Source of the DNA: Paludibacteraceae bacterium
GTDB lineage: Bacteria > Bacteroidota > Bacteroidia > Bacteroidales > Paludibacteraceae
Reading direction: 5' to 3'
Assembly (NCBI GenBank): GCA_024405855.1
Contig: JAKSNZ010000004.1
Location: forward strand, 15,650-79,649
Length of the DNA stretch: 64,000 bases
Shown here one piece after another: positions 37,919 through 48,291 of the stretch. The notes beneath the pieces were generated by a model. It made no database searches, had not been told where the DNA came from, and saw nothing but the letters and a program-made list of their open reading frames with translations. The stretch's first letter is position 1; every line of letters starts with the position of its first letter. A program made the position numbers and the translations under genes.

Positions 37919-39823
37919 GATTCTGCCTTTGGTTCTTCTTACCTCATATACATTAGGTATATTCTGAATACCGGTTGCAAGAGTCTTCAACTCACTTATA
38001 GAGTGAACGAGGACTCTTATTTGTGTTTCTATAATCTCATCTGTTGTAGTGCTGTGTATCTCTTCAATGCTCAACCCTAACTCTTTTGAAATAAGATTCA
38101 TAATGTCAAGCAGGTAGTTGTCTCTGTTGACGGCTTTGATAACAAGTCCTATAGGGTATGTTTTTTCAGGGCTGGCTTCAAGTTCAACCTTGGTAATGAC
38201 ATCGCCCCTTTGTGATGAAAGTGATAGGGCATTGTCACAGTTGCACTTGTGAACCGTAATGGTACCGTCAGAACTCTTAAAGCCCACAACCTCATCGCCA
38301 GGTAGTGGATGACACCTCTCACAAAGCACATATTCAGGGTGTTTGTTTTCAATTTTTTCTGAGGCGGCATGGTTCAGGTATCGGCGTATGTTTGCCCTTG
38401 CCTTAAATGTTTGAGCCACTTTAAGCCAATTTTCTTGAGGATGATAGTTTTCATCGGTGCCTATTTTTACACGGTCGCCACGGTTAAGAATTGTGGTTAC
38501 GGCACACAGATGGTCATTAATGATGGCATATTTTGCGTGGTCTCCAACGTCAGAGTGAATTTCGTATGCAAAGTCAATGGCACTTGAGTCAGCAGGTAGG
38601 GTGATACGCTGTCCGTCCGATGCAAACACCACAATATCATCATGATAGAAACTTGTAATTACATCGTCAAAGTTCTGGTCCTTGCTTGAATCAGATATGT
38701 CTTTAAGCACTTCCTTAAACTTTTCAATCCACGAATCCACGTCAGATGACTGCTCCGCCAAACAACCGTATTGGCTTATGCGACGCATTTCATTGCTCTG
38801 AATGTGAACCTCCATCCACCTGCCTTCATTACCCATAAACTTACAGTGAAGACTGCGGTATCCGTTCTCTTTAGGGTAGTCTATGTAGTTAAGCAGACTG
38901 TATGGTTTTTCTGTGTATAGTTCTGTTAATAAGGAATATATGAACAGGGCGGTGTCTTTTTCAACGCCTCTCTTGTCTCTTGTAGTGTTGCTTGCCCATT
39001 TTGAGTTAGGCTCATAGTTAATATGAACAATTCTTATATGCTCCAATTCTTTGAACGATGCTCTTGTCTGGTGCATTTTGTACCAAAGTGAGTATACTGT
39101 TCTTGGGTCACAAGATACTGTGGCGCTAACGCCACTCTCCTCCAGTTTCTTGCGTATTGGCTCCATCCACTGCTCTGCCGCATCGGTGTGTTGAAGAATA
39201 TAGTTGTTAAGATGCTCTTGAATTATGCTGTACTCAAATGGGGAACGATATTGAAGTCCAAGATTCTCAAGTTCACTTTTAATAAGGTATAGTCCAAGTC
39301 TGTTTGCAAGTGGGGCGTAGAAGAAGTCTGTTTCAGCGGCTATCTTCAACTGTTTTTCAACTGCCATACTCTTAAGGGTACGCATGTTATGAAGACGGTC
39401 CGCTAACTTTATAAGTAATGCACGAATATCATAGTTGAAGGCTGCAAGCATTCTTTTAAAGTTCTCAACCTGCTTTGAGGCATCGGTGTTTGAAAGTACG
39501 GGCTGTTTTGTAACGGTGTCAACAAGGTACGCCACCTCATCGCCAAACTGGTCTCTGATGTCAGCAAGTGTGCAGTTGGTATCCTCAACAACATCATGTA
39601 ACAGGGCGGCAATTACAGGGGCTGTGCCAAGTTGCATGTCATTGTTTACAATTTGAGCAACTGCAATAGGGTGAATTATGTATGGTTCTCCTGTTTTGCG
39701 GAGTTGTCCTTCATGTTGTTTTTTTGCAAGAAAATAGGCTTGCTTGATAAGTTCAGTATCCTCCTTTGTATGCCTTGCATTTATTTGGGAGAAGAAAATG
39801 TTTTGTAAAGATGTAATGTCCAT
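37913..39823 (-). CDS. RelA/SpoT homologue (bifunctional (p)ppGpp synthetase/hydrolase type)
   Basis: HD domain (HPIAVAQIV...LHDVVEDT), synthetase motif GYRSLHCKF, a TGS domain and a C-terminal ACT-like domain. The start is set at the ATG at 39823 (MDITS), with a TAAGTTTG -7 box at 39863-39870 (minus strand). Confidence 0.88.
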   Translation of the reverse strand: MDITSLQNIFFSQINARHTKEDTELIKQAYFLAKKQHEGQLRKTGEPYIIHPIAVAQIVNNDMQLGTAPVIAALLHDVVEDTNCTLADIRDQFGDEVAYLVDTVTKQPVLSNTDASKQVENFKRMLAAFNYDIRALLIKLADRLHNMRTLKSMAVEKQLKIAAETDFFYAPLANRLGLYLIKSELENLGLQYRSPFEYSIIQEHLNNYILQHTDAAEQWMEPIRKKLEESGVSATVSCDPRTVYSLWYKMHQTRASFKELEHIRIVHINYEPNSKWASNTTRDKRGVEKDTALFIYSLLTELYTEKPYSLLNYIDYPKENGYRSLHCKFMGNEGRWMEVHIQSNEMRRISQYGCLAEQSSDVDSWIEKFKEVLKDISDSSKDQNFDDVITSFYHDDIVVFASDGQRITLPADSSAIDFAYEIHSDVGDHAKYAIINDHLCAVTTILNRGDRVKIGTDENYHPQENWLKVAQTFKARANIRRYLNHAASEKIENKHPEYVLCERCHPLPGDEVVGFKSSDGTITVHKCNCDNALSLSSQRGDVITKVELEASPEKTYPIGLVIKAVNRDNYLLDIMNLISKELGLSIEEIHSTTTDEIIETQIRVLVHSISELKTLATGIQNIPNVYEVRRTKGRIL

Positions 39824-39945
39824 AGGCCCCAATTTTTACCTTAAAAAACAAAAAACAATTAGCAAACTTACCAAAATAAATTTGTAATTCCAAATTTTAA
39901 GGGCAAAATTGTGGGTTTTACGGCTGTTTTAGTATGTTTTTTGGG

Positions 39946-40755
39946 CTAAGAGTAGAGGTTGCCAACTATTTTTAGCCTTAATTTGGCTGGTACAACCTGC
40001 ATAAGAAAGCATATAAGTTTGTATTGGAATCCTGGAACAAGCGTGGGTTTTACATGTCTTCTGTTTAGTTGTGACGCTATGGCTGAGGCTATGATTTCAG
40101 GTGACATTCCGCCACGTTCATCGGCTTCCATTTTGCTTACTGAGCGTTTCATTGTCTCCCTGTACCCCGATGTTTCACTTTGGCTTGCCTTGGTGTATTT
40201 TCTGCTGTCAGTAAAGCCTGTTTTTGTATCGCCCGGCAAAACGCAGCCGCACTCTATGTTCCAAGGTTTGACCTCCATGCCAAGTGCCTGCATAAATAGC
40301 AGAATGGCACTTTTTGATGCACTGTAGAATGCTTGGAACGGTATTGGCACTATGGCGGCAACTGAACTTACGGCTATAATTCTGCCGTAGTTCTGCTTAC
40401 GCATATATGGCAGTACGGCGTTTACGGTGTTTACAACTCCAAAAAAGTTGGTCTCAAATTGGTATTTTGCTTCTTCAGGTGATGTGTCCTCAACTGAGCC
40501 TGCAATGCCGTTGCCTGCATTACATACTAAGGCATCAATGGTTTTGCTATTATTTATTATGCTTTTTACCGCTTCTTGCAGTGTTTCAGGCTTGGTTACA
40601 TCGGCTTGTATGTTTATTATAGCACCGCCGTTTGCGGCACATTTGTCTTCACCGCCACGTCGTGACAGTGCGTAGACAATGTTGCCACGTTGCATTAGTA
40701 GTTCTGCCGTTGCCAAACCTATACCTGAGTTGCCACCTGTAAGTAATATGTTCAT
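39946..40755 (-). CDS. Short-chain dehydrogenase/reductase (SDR)
   Basis: TGGNSGIG cofactor motif and YSASK catalytic motif. Confidence 0.88.
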   Translation of the reverse strand: MNILLTGGNSGIGLATAELLMQRGNIVYALSRRGGEDKCAANGGAIINIQADVTKPETLQEAVKSIINNSKTIDALVCNAGNGIAGSVEDTSPEEAKYQFETNFFGVVNTVNAVLPYMRKQNYGRIIAVSSVAAIVPIPFQAFYSASKSAILLFMQALGMEVKPWNIECGCVLPGDTKTGFTDSRKYTKASQSETSGYRETMKRSVSKMEADERGGMSPEIIASAIASQLNRRHVKPTLVPGFQYKLICFLMQVVPAKLRLKIVGNLYS

Positions 40756-40757
40756 TA

Positions 40758-41891
40758 TTAACTATTAACTAATTTAGAGTATGCTCTGTGTGTCTTCTTG
40801 TATGCCAATTCAAAAAACTCCCAGTTTGCGGCACATTTGTCATTAGTCTCCAAAACATTGGTTACATTGCCGTATTTAACTCCATACTTGAAGAAGTTAG
40901 GCAGTTGGTGGTCAAACAGCAGTGCATTCACACCTTTGCCTTGATACTCAGGTTTGACGGCAATAAGAAGCATGTCTACCTCATCATAATGCTTTGATTT
41001 TAATGCTCTTAGTAGTTTGAACCAACCAAACGGGAATAGTTTTCCGTTAATCTCCCTCAATACATTTGTCAGGTTTGGCATTGTTACACCAACGGCAACC
41101 AATTCATTTTTATCATTCAGCACCAATGTAGAGAAATCATAATTAAGTATTGGGAAATACATGTTGCTGTAGGCAACTATCTGCCTTTGTGTAAGAGGGG
41201 AGTAGTTATATAGGTTTCTATAGCATTCGTCAACCAAATCAAAAAATTTATACCCTACAAGTTTTTTCACTTCCTTTGCTGATTTTACAGGTACAACCCT
41301 TAAATTACTACGCTCTTTTACTATTGCGGCAATTCTTGTCAGGCGCTCAGGTATGGCATCGGGGACAATAAGATGACGCTCAAACCAGTCAATTTCCTTT
41401 GTAAGCCCATACGCAAGGTAATGTTTCTCATAATATGGGTAGTTGTAGGCGGCTGCCATAAGCGTTGGCTTGTCAAAATTATCAATCAGCAGACCCTCTT
41501 TGTCCATATCGGTAAATCCGACAGGTCCGTTTATGTTGTCCATTCCTTTTGACTTTCCCCACTCTACAATTGCATCAAGCAACGCTTTTGAAACGTTAAG
41601 GTCATCAATGAAGTCAAACCAGCCGAATCTAAGCCTCTTTGTTTTCCAGTAGTTGTTTGCCCTGTGGTTAATTATACCTGCGATTCTGCCAACCACCTTA
41701 CCTGAATCATCTAATGCCATAAGATACTTTGCTTCTGAAAATTCAAAGGCAGGGTTCTTGTCTTGTCTTAAGGTGTTGTACTCATCAAATAGAAGAGGAG
41801 GACAGGAGTAAGGACACTCTTTGTAAAGTTCAAACCAGAAGTTTACAAACTGTTTAAGCTGTTTTTTAGTTTCAACAGGTACAATTTTCAT
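40758..41891 (-). CDS. Conserved hypothetical protein, possibly a GNAT-fold acyltransferase
   Basis: 377 aa. The middle segment VVGRIAGIIN...LLDAIVEWGKSKG resembles an acetyltransferase core, but the assignment is weak. The stop codon and the last residues (VNS) are encoded by an AGTTAAT heptamer repeat. Confidence 0.5.
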   Translation of the reverse strand: MKIVPVETKKQLKQFVNFWFELYKECPYSCPPLLFDEYNTLRQDKNPAFEFSEAKYLMALDDSGKVVGRIAGIINHRANNYWKTKRLRFGWFDFIDDLNVSKALLDAIVEWGKSKGMDNINGPVGFTDMDKEGLLIDNFDKPTLMAAAYNYPYYEKHYLAYGLTKEIDWFERHLIVPDAIPERLTRIAAIVKERSNLRVVPVKSAKEVKKLVGYKFFDLVDECYRNLYNYSPLTQRQIVAYSNMYFPILNYDFSTLVLNDKNELVAVGVTMPNLTNVLREINGKLFPFGWFKLLRALKSKHYDEVDMLLIAVKPEYQGKGVNALLFDHQLPNFFKYGVKYGNVTNVLETNDKCAANWEFFELAYKKTHRAYSKLVNS

Positions 41892-41898
41892 AGTTGTT

Positions 41899-43680
41899 TT
41901 ATTTAGATTTAGCGGGTTTAAGTTCTGAAGGGCGTTGGCTCATAAAATCAAATGATTCATAATCCCATTTTTGCTCAATATCCCAATTTGCAGGCAGGTC
42001 AAGTTTCTCAGGCATGTAATAGACTTTTTCAGGCTGCAAGCCTTTCATTACATTACCTGTATCCCATTTGCCGTTATGGTTATCATCAATAATCATTCTC
42101 AAATAGTAGGTGCCGGGGGCAATGTCTTGGAATATGACCTCATTGTCTTCCAATATGCTTGTATATTTAACAGCCTCCTGCTCATTCATTAGTTCAAGTA
42201 TTGCGTTTTCAGGATTGTTTACAAAAGTGATGTAGAGATTTGCGTAGGATTCGGGCTTTTTATAGGTGAATGTTTTGTAAAACTTATTGTTGTGTCTGCC
42301 GTAAATGCTTGTTATGCACGCTGAATCAATGTTTAGCCTGTATGTCTGGTCAAACTGCTTTTCATAGAGAATGCGCAGTTCCTTATTACATGCTGAATCG
42401 CCCGTCTCAAAACTGATAGGTATAGGATTAAACAGAGAGTCTACTTTAATACTTACTGTTATGCTGTCATAGAGTATTGACTTTATGGGTTCGGCAAAAT
42501 TTATGGTTATAGTGTCATAAACCTCCATCTCTTGTTGTATGTTATGAGTGAAGGCGATGAACTGTATCTCACTCTTATGCTCTTCATCTTTTTTCTTTTT
42601 CTTTGCTTGAACACTTCTTTTAATTGGTACTGTAAGTTTAAGGGTATCAAGTGTTTCAGCAAGTTTTCCAAGTGAGTCTGTCTTGAGATATTTCATTTCA
42701 AGCCTTAAGGTGTCTGTCTTAAGTAGTGTTGTGTCTGTAATCCAATAAACTAAAGAGTCTTTTCTTATTGGTTTCTCCAATACCCAAAGTTCAGTGTTTA
42801 AGGAGTTGACACTGTCCACTGTTCCTAAGACCTTTAGGTCAGGCATCATAGTTGGTTCATGTCCAAAAACTATGGTAAATGTCTCCCTTGCAGGACGGAA
42901 TGCTTTTTTGAAGTACTCCTGCGTAAGTTCCTCCTTAAAAAGTTTTAGAGTTAAGGAGTTTTGGAGTTCAGAAGTTTGTGGCTTTAGGGGTTCATCAAGA
43001 AAGGCAACTTCTCCGCCTGCCGCTGATTTGTAGTACCAGTTGCTTGACAGGTCATTTATAGCATAAATTCTGTATGTGCTGTCAGGTATGTTCTTTATAC
43101 GGAAATAGCCCTCTTCATTTGTTTTTGCCACTCTGAAAAGCGGCTTTGTTATAAAGTCTGAATCGGTGGCATTGGGGTAAACTCCAACAATGATTTCAGG
43201 CTTTGGAGCCAATGTATGTGCATCTATTACATATCCATCAATAAAAAGAGTATCAAGATGGTCTCCTGTTGAAAATGTGTATGAGAGACCAACTAAAGGA
43301 TTGCCCTCATTGTTGTCAGTTATGGCATTGCCGTAGTCAATGGTGTAGGTGGTGTTTGCCTGCAGAGTGTCATCTTCAAATGAGGTGTACACTTTCTTGT
43401 TGGTTGCCCTTACCATTGGTTTGTTTTTCATAGGCGGCGATACCACCACATATTTGTGTGCATCCTTTATTGCAGTGTTTTCGTCAAACTCCATTTTAAC
43501 ACTTTTTAACAATGTATCAACATTCACACTGCCTGGTTCAGGGCTGCATTTCTCCAGCACCGGCGGAATCTCATCCTTAGGTCCGCCTTGTGGTCCGGCA
43601 CCACGGTTGGCACAAGACGCTACAAGCAGTGATATTACTATCAGTACTGTCAGCCTCCGATATGTGGACAATGCTTTCAT
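41899..43680 (-). CDS. Lipoprotein with an Ig-like (Big_5/SbsA-type) N-terminal domain
   Basis: Lipobox LLVASC after the signal peptide, then PPVLEKCSPEPGSVNV, typical of SbsA_Ig-like domains. A K-rich linker (KKKKKDEEHK) is present. Confidence 0.55.
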   Translation of the reverse strand: MKALSTYRRLTVLIVISLLVASCANRGAGPQGGPKDEIPPVLEKCSPEPGSVNVDTLLKSVKMEFDENTAIKDAHKYVVVSPPMKNKPMVRATNKKVYTSFEDDTLQANTTYTIDYGNAITDNNEGNPLVGLSYTFSTGDHLDTLFIDGYVIDAHTLAPKPEIIVGVYPNATDSDFITKPLFRVAKTNEEGYFRIKNIPDSTYRIYAINDLSSNWYYKSAAGGEVAFLDEPLKPQTSELQNSLTLKLFKEELTQEYFKKAFRPARETFTIVFGHEPTMMPDLKVLGTVDSVNSLNTELWVLEKPIRKDSLVYWITDTTLLKTDTLRLEMKYLKTDSLGKLAETLDTLKLTVPIKRSVQAKKKKKDEEHKSEIQFIAFTHNIQQEMEVYDTITINFAEPIKSILYDSITVSIKVDSLFNPIPISFETGDSACNKELRILYEKQFDQTYRLNIDSACITSIYGRHNNKFYKTFTYKKPESYANLYITFVNNPENAILELMNEQEAVKYTSILEDNEVIFQDIAPGTYYLRMIIDDNHNGKWDTGNVMKGLQPEKVYYMPEKLDLPANWDIEQKWDYESFDFMSQRPSELKPAKSK

Positions 43681-43720
43681 TGTTATAAATGAGAAAGGAG
43701 AAATTCCTTTCTATAAGAAA

Positions 43721-45271
43721 TTACTCTGCAAGTAATTTCTTATAAAGGTTCTTCATGTTTACCTGTGCGTCAATGAGTGCGTGTAACTCCTCAATTTTTA
43801 CGCGGTCCTGTTTCATGGTATCGCGGTAACGGAGGGTGACACAACCGTCATTGAGAGTATCGTGGTCAATTGTTATGCAGAAAGGAGTACCTACGGCATC
43901 CTGACGGCGGTAACGCTTGCCTATTGAATCCTTTTCATCATAAACGCACTTGAAGTCAAACTTAAGGCCGTCCATAATCTCACGTGCCTTCTCAGGCAGA
44001 CCGTCTTTCTTAACAAGCGGAAGAATGGCTGCCTTTACAGGTGCAAGTACAGGTGGCAGGTTAAGAACCACACGTGTTTCACCGTTTTCAAGTGCCTCTT
44101 CATTGTAGGCTGCACACATAATTGAAAGGAACATACGGTCAACGCCTATTGATGTTTCAATTACATACGGGGTGTATGACTCATTTGTTTCAGGGTCAAA
44201 GTACTCAATCTTTTTGCCACTGTATTTTGCGTGTTGGCTAAGGTCAAAGTTAGTGCGGGAGTGGATACCTTCAACTTCCTTGAATCCAAACGGCATTTCA
44301 AACTCAATGTCAGTGGCTGCATTTGCGTAGTGTGCAAGTTTGTCATGGTCATGGAAACGGTATTTTGCATCGCCAAGGCCAAGTGCCTTATGCCATTTAA
44401 GACGGAACTGTTTCCAATGTGCAAACCAATCCATTTCTGTGCCTGGCTTAATGAAGAACTGCATCTCCATCTGCTCAAACTCACGCATACGGAATATGAA
44501 CTGACGGGCTACTATTTCATTACGGAAAGCCTTTCCTATTTGTGCAATACCAAACGGAATACGCATTCTGCCTGTTTTCTGAATGTTAAGGTAGTTTACA
44601 AAGATACCTTGAGCGGTTTCAGGACGCAGGTAAATCTTGCTTGTGCCGTCAGCGGTTGAGCCTATTTCAGTGGTGAACATAAGGTTGAACTGACGTACAT
44701 CTGTCCAGTTACGTGTGCCGCTGATTGGGCAAACTATCTCATAGTCAAGTATTATTTGCTTAAGTTCTGCAAGGTCATTGGCGTTCATAGCCTTTTTGTA
44801 GCGGTCATGAATCTCATCACGCTTTGCCGCATACTCAAGAACACGTGGGTTTGTGGTCTTGAACATTTCAGCATCAAACTTATCGCCAAACCTTTTGGCT
44901 GCCTTTTCAACCTCTTTCTCTATCTTCTCATCATATTTTGCTATTAGTTCCTCAATAAGAACATCGGCGCGATAACGTTTTTTGCTGTCACGGTTATCAA
45001 TCAGAGGGTCATTGAAAGCATCTACGTGACCTGACGCTTTCCAAGTGGTTGGGTGCATGAAAATAGCGGCATCAACGCCTACAATGTTCTCATGAAGCAG
45101 AACCATACTGTCCCACCAATACTTTTTTATATTGTTTTTAAGTTCAACACCCATCTGTCCGTAGTCATAAACTGCTGCCAGACCATCATAAATGTCACTT
45201 GAAGGAAATACAAATCCGTACTCCTTACAGTGAGATACCATTTTTTTGAAAACTTCTTCCTGTGATGCCAT
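43721..45271 (-). CDS. glyQS: Glycine--tRNA ligase (dimeric class II, GlyQS)
   Basis: GFVFPSSDIYDGL, FRNEIVARQFIFRMREFEQMEMQFF (motif 2), and a C-terminal anticodon-binding domain. Confidence 0.95.
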   Translation of the reverse strand: MASQEEVFKKMVSHCKEYGFVFPSSDIYDGLAAVYDYGQMGVELKNNIKKYWWDSMVLLHENIVGVDAAIFMHPTTWKASGHVDAFNDPLIDNRDSKKRYRADVLIEELIAKYDEKIEKEVEKAAKRFGDKFDAEMFKTTNPRVLEYAAKRDEIHDRYKKAMNANDLAELKQIILDYEIVCPISGTRNWTDVRQFNLMFTTEIGSTADGTSKIYLRPETAQGIFVNYLNIQKTGRMRIPFGIAQIGKAFRNEIVARQFIFRMREFEQMEMQFFIKPGTEMDWFAHWKQFRLKWHKALGLGDAKYRFHDHDKLAHYANAATDIEFEMPFGFKEVEGIHSRTNFDLSQHAKYSGKKIEYFDPETNESYTPYVIETSIGVDRMFLSIMCAAYNEEALENGETRVVLNLPPVLAPVKAAILPLVKKDGLPEKAREIMDGLKFDFKCVYDEKDSIGKRYRRQDAVGTPFCITIDHDTLNDGCVTLRYRDTMKQDRVKIEELHALIDAQVNMKNLYKKLLAE

Positions 45272-45295
45272 AATAAACTTGTTTTAACAAAGTTG

Positions 45296-45303
45296 CAAAT
45301 TTA
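45296..45303 (-). promoter_or_regulatory. -7 box TAAATTTG (minus strand), glyQS promoter
   Basis: The plus strand reads CAAATTTA, 25 nt upstream of the glyQS ATG. Confidence 0.5.
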
Positions 45304-45385
45304 CAAAAAATCCATCAAGTTATCAACAATTGGGCGAAAAATGAATTTATTTTTGTAACTTTACATTTTGTAGAGAAAATTGCTT

Positions 45386-48082
45386 ATGAAAGACAAAGAC
45401 AACAGACCAACAGATGAGGAGATGGACGATTCCATAACTCCTGAAACAGAAGAGAGTGTTGAAGAGGAAGAGGTTGATGAGGGGAGTGGAGTGCATTCAA
45501 ATTATGTTATCCCCGATGTCAACGATGCCTCCATTAAGCACCAACTTTCAGGAATGTTCCAGAATTGGTTTCTGGATTACGCATCGTATGTGGTGCTTCA
45601 ACGTGCCGTACCTCATCTTACAGATGGTTTGAAACCTGTCCAGCGCCGTATTCTTCACACTATGAAGCGTATGGAGGACGGCAGATATAATAAGGTTGCA
45701 AACATTATTGGTGAGGCTATGAAGTTTCACCCCCACGGCGATGCCTCCATTGGCGGTGCTTTGGTAACCCTTGGACAGCAAGACCTTCTTATTGACTGTC
45801 AGGGAAACTGGGGAAACATACTTACGGGTGACCGTGCAGCCGCTCCGCGTTATATAGAGGCAAGGCTTACAAAATTTGCAAATGAGGTTCTGTTCAACCC
45901 TAAGACCACAGAGTGGAAAATGTCATACGATGGTAGGAATCAGGAGCCTGTGGCATTGCCGGCAAAGTTTCCGTTGGTATTGGCACAGGGGGCTGAGGGC
46001 ATCGGCGTAGGCCTTTCAACAAAAATACTTCCGCATAACTTTAATGAACTTTGTGATGCGTCAGTTGCATACCTGAAAGGGGAGGAGTTTACCCTTTATC
46101 CTGACTTTGCAACAGGCGGTTATATGGATGTGAGCCGTTATATGGACGGCAGAAGAAAGGGCAAACTGCGTGTGCGTGCTAAAATAAATAAGATTGACAA
46201 TAAGACACTTAGCATTACTGAAATACCGTTTGACACAACTACAGGCAGTGTTATTGAGAGCATTTTGCGTGCAAATGACAAGGGCAAGATTCAAATTAAG
46301 AAAGTTGATGACAACACAGCAGCCAATGTTGAGATAGTGGTTCACTTGGCTCCGGGGCGTTCTTGTGACAAGACAATAGATGCCTTGTATGCCTTTACAG
46401 ACTGTCAGATAAGCATATCTCCAAACTGCTGCGTAATCAGTGATGACAAGCCTCACTTCCTATCTGCCAGCGATGTGCTTAAGTTCAGTGCGGACAATAC
46501 TCTTAAACTGCTTAAGCGTGAGCTTGTTATAAGAGAGGGAGAGATTCTTGAAAGCCTCTTCTTCATGAGCCTTGAACGCATTTTCATTGAGGAACGTATC
46601 TATAAGGATAAGGAGTATGAGCAGAGCAAGAGTAATGAGGAGGCTGTGGCACACATTGCAGGGAGGTTGGCTCCGTTTACAGAAAAGTTCATTCGTCCCG
46701 TTGAGGATGAGGATATACTGAAACTTCTTGAAATTAAGATGAAGCGTATTCTACGTTTTAACTCCGATGCCGCAGACAAGGCGTTGGCGGCACTTGAAAA
46801 AGAGTTGAAGGAGGTAAGGTTTAACAAGGAGCATATTGTTGAATACACAATCAAGTGGTTTGAACATTTGAAAGAGAAGTATGGTGCTGACCATCCTCGT
46901 AGAACAGAAATCCGCAACTTTGACAATATTGAAATTACAAAGGTTGCCGATGCCAATGAGAAACTCTACATCAACAAGGAGGAGGGCTTTATTGGTACAG
47001 GTCTTAAGCGTGATGAACTTGTATGCAACTGCTCAAGCGTTGATGATATAATCATTTTCTACAAAGACGGTAAATTTAAGGTAATCAAAGTACAGGAGAA
47101 GGTGTTTGTGGGCAAAAACGTGCTTTGGTTGGGAGTGTTTAAGAAGGGCGATAACCGTACCATCTACAATATGATTTATCGTGACGGCAAGGACGGCACA
47201 TCTTACATAAAGCGTTTTGCCGCAGGTGGTCTGAGCCGCGATAAGGAGTATGACCTTACACAAGGCACACCAGGCACTAAGGTGCTATATTTCAGTGCAA
47301 ACCCTAATGGCGAGGCAGAAATTGTAAAATGTTGGCTTAAGCCTCGTCCAAAACTAAAGAACCTTATTTTTGAGCGTGATTTCAGTGAAATTGCAATTAA
47401 GGGGCGTGCAAGTATGGGTAACATATTTACAAAGAATGATGTGCTTAAGGTGAATATGAAGCAAAAGGGTGCTTCAACTCTTGGCGGACGTGAAGTTTGG
47501 TACGATGCAGATGTAAACCGCCTTAACTACGATGGCAGAGGCACGCTGCTTGGAGAGTTTGAGTCAGAGGATACAATTCTTATGATAACAAAGCGTGGAA
47601 CTTATCAGAATCTCAGCTTTGAACTTACAACACATTTTGCTGATGATGTTCTGCTTGTTGAGAAGTTTGACCCTGAGAAAATTTGGACAGCCGCCCTGTA
47701 TGATGCAGACCAAAAGTTCCCTTACTTAAAGCGTTTCCCACTTGAGGAGAGCAAGAAAGAGGTTAGTTTCTTGGGCGACAATCCTCATAGCCGTCTGCTG
47801 CTACTTGTTGATGACTACTACGCACGTCTTGAAGTTACATTTGCTCCCGATGCCGCCGGCTCTGTGGCTGAGCCTATGATTATAGACGCTGATGAGTTCA
47901 TAGGCATAAAGAGTTTGAAAGCCAAAGGTAAGCGTCTTACAACTAATGAGATAGCCTCTATAGAGCCTCTTGAACCACTCCGTTTCCCCGATGACACGGC
48001 TAAGGCTTCATCGGCTCAGAAAGATGAGCCAGATAGTTCAGCACCAGAAGCGGAAGAGGACGGACAGTTGAAACTGTTTTAA
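45386..48082 (+). CDS. parC: DNA topoisomerase IV subunit A (Bacteroidetes ParC type)
   Basis: DGLKPVQRRILHTM, KFHPHGDASI, and active-site region AAPRYIEARL. The start is taken at the ATG at 45386 (MKDKD). Confidence 0.88.
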   Translation: MKDKDNRPTDEEMDDSITPETEESVEEEEVDEGSGVHSNYVIPDVNDASIKHQLSGMFQNWFLDYASYVVLQRAVPHLTDGLKPVQRRILHTMKRMEDGRYNKVANIIGEAMKFHPHGDASIGGALVTLGQQDLLIDCQGNWGNILTGDRAAAPRYIEARLTKFANEVLFNPKTTEWKMSYDGRNQEPVALPAKFPLVLAQGAEGIGVGLSTKILPHNFNELCDASVAYLKGEEFTLYPDFATGGYMDVSRYMDGRRKGKLRVRAKINKIDNKTLSITEIPFDTTTGSVIESILRANDKGKIQIKKVDDNTAANVEIVVHLAPGRSCDKTIDALYAFTDCQISISPNCCVISDDKPHFLSASDVLKFSADNTLKLLKRELVIREGEILESLFFMSLERIFIEERIYKDKEYEQSKSNEEAVAHIAGRLAPFTEKFIRPVEDEDILKLLEIKMKRILRFNSDAADKALAALEKELKEVRFNKEHIVEYTIKWFEHLKEKYGADHPRRTEIRNFDNIEITKVADANEKLYINKEEGFIGTGLKRDELVCNCSSVDDIIIFYKDGKFKVIKVQEKVFVGKNVLWLGVFKKGDNRTIYNMIYRDGKDGTSYIKRFAAGGLSRDKEYDLTQGTPGTKVLYFSANPNGEAEIVKCWLKPRPKLKNLIFERDFSEIAIKGRASMGNIFTKNDVLKVNMKQKGASTLGGREVWYDADVNRLNYDGRGTLLGEFESEDTILMITKRGTYQNLSFELTTHFADDVLLVEKFDPEKIWTAALYDADQKFPYLKRFPLEESKKEVSFLGDNPHSRLLLLVDDYYARLEVTFAPDAAGSVAEPMIIDADEFIGIKSLKAKGKRLTTNEIASIEPLEPLRFPDDTAKASSAQKDEPDSSAPEAEEDGQLKLF

Positions 48083-48129
48083 CCTGATTATCTTAACAAA
48101 ATTTGCCGATAACGGAAAATTTTAGTTGA

Positions 48130-48291
48130 TTTTGCACCATAATAGCAATATTAAGTTTTCCGAATGAGATTTTGTCAGTAACGTTTCAAGATGGCAACGG
48201 GCGTGTTGGCAGACTTATTCTATTCAAGGAATACCTTGCAAATGACATAGTTCCGTTTATTATTACAGATGACCTCAAATGCCATGAATAA
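48130..48291 (+). pseudogene. 3' remnant of a Fic/DOC-family gene
   Basis: A 53-codon open frame after a TGA at 48127 reads ...SVTFQDGNGRVGRLILFKEYLANDIVPFIITDDLKCHE*. It carries the Fic core xxFxDGNGRxxR, but the motif His is replaced and the whole N-terminal part is missing. Confidence 0.65.

Noticed and set aside
39877-39884. Plus-strand TAAATTTG -7-like box between the RSH gene and the SDR gene.
   Set aside because: No plus-strand gene follows, so it would drive antisense transcription into the SDR gene. The minus-strand box TAAGTTTG at 39863-39870 explains the region. This one is probably a chance match in AT-rich DNA.
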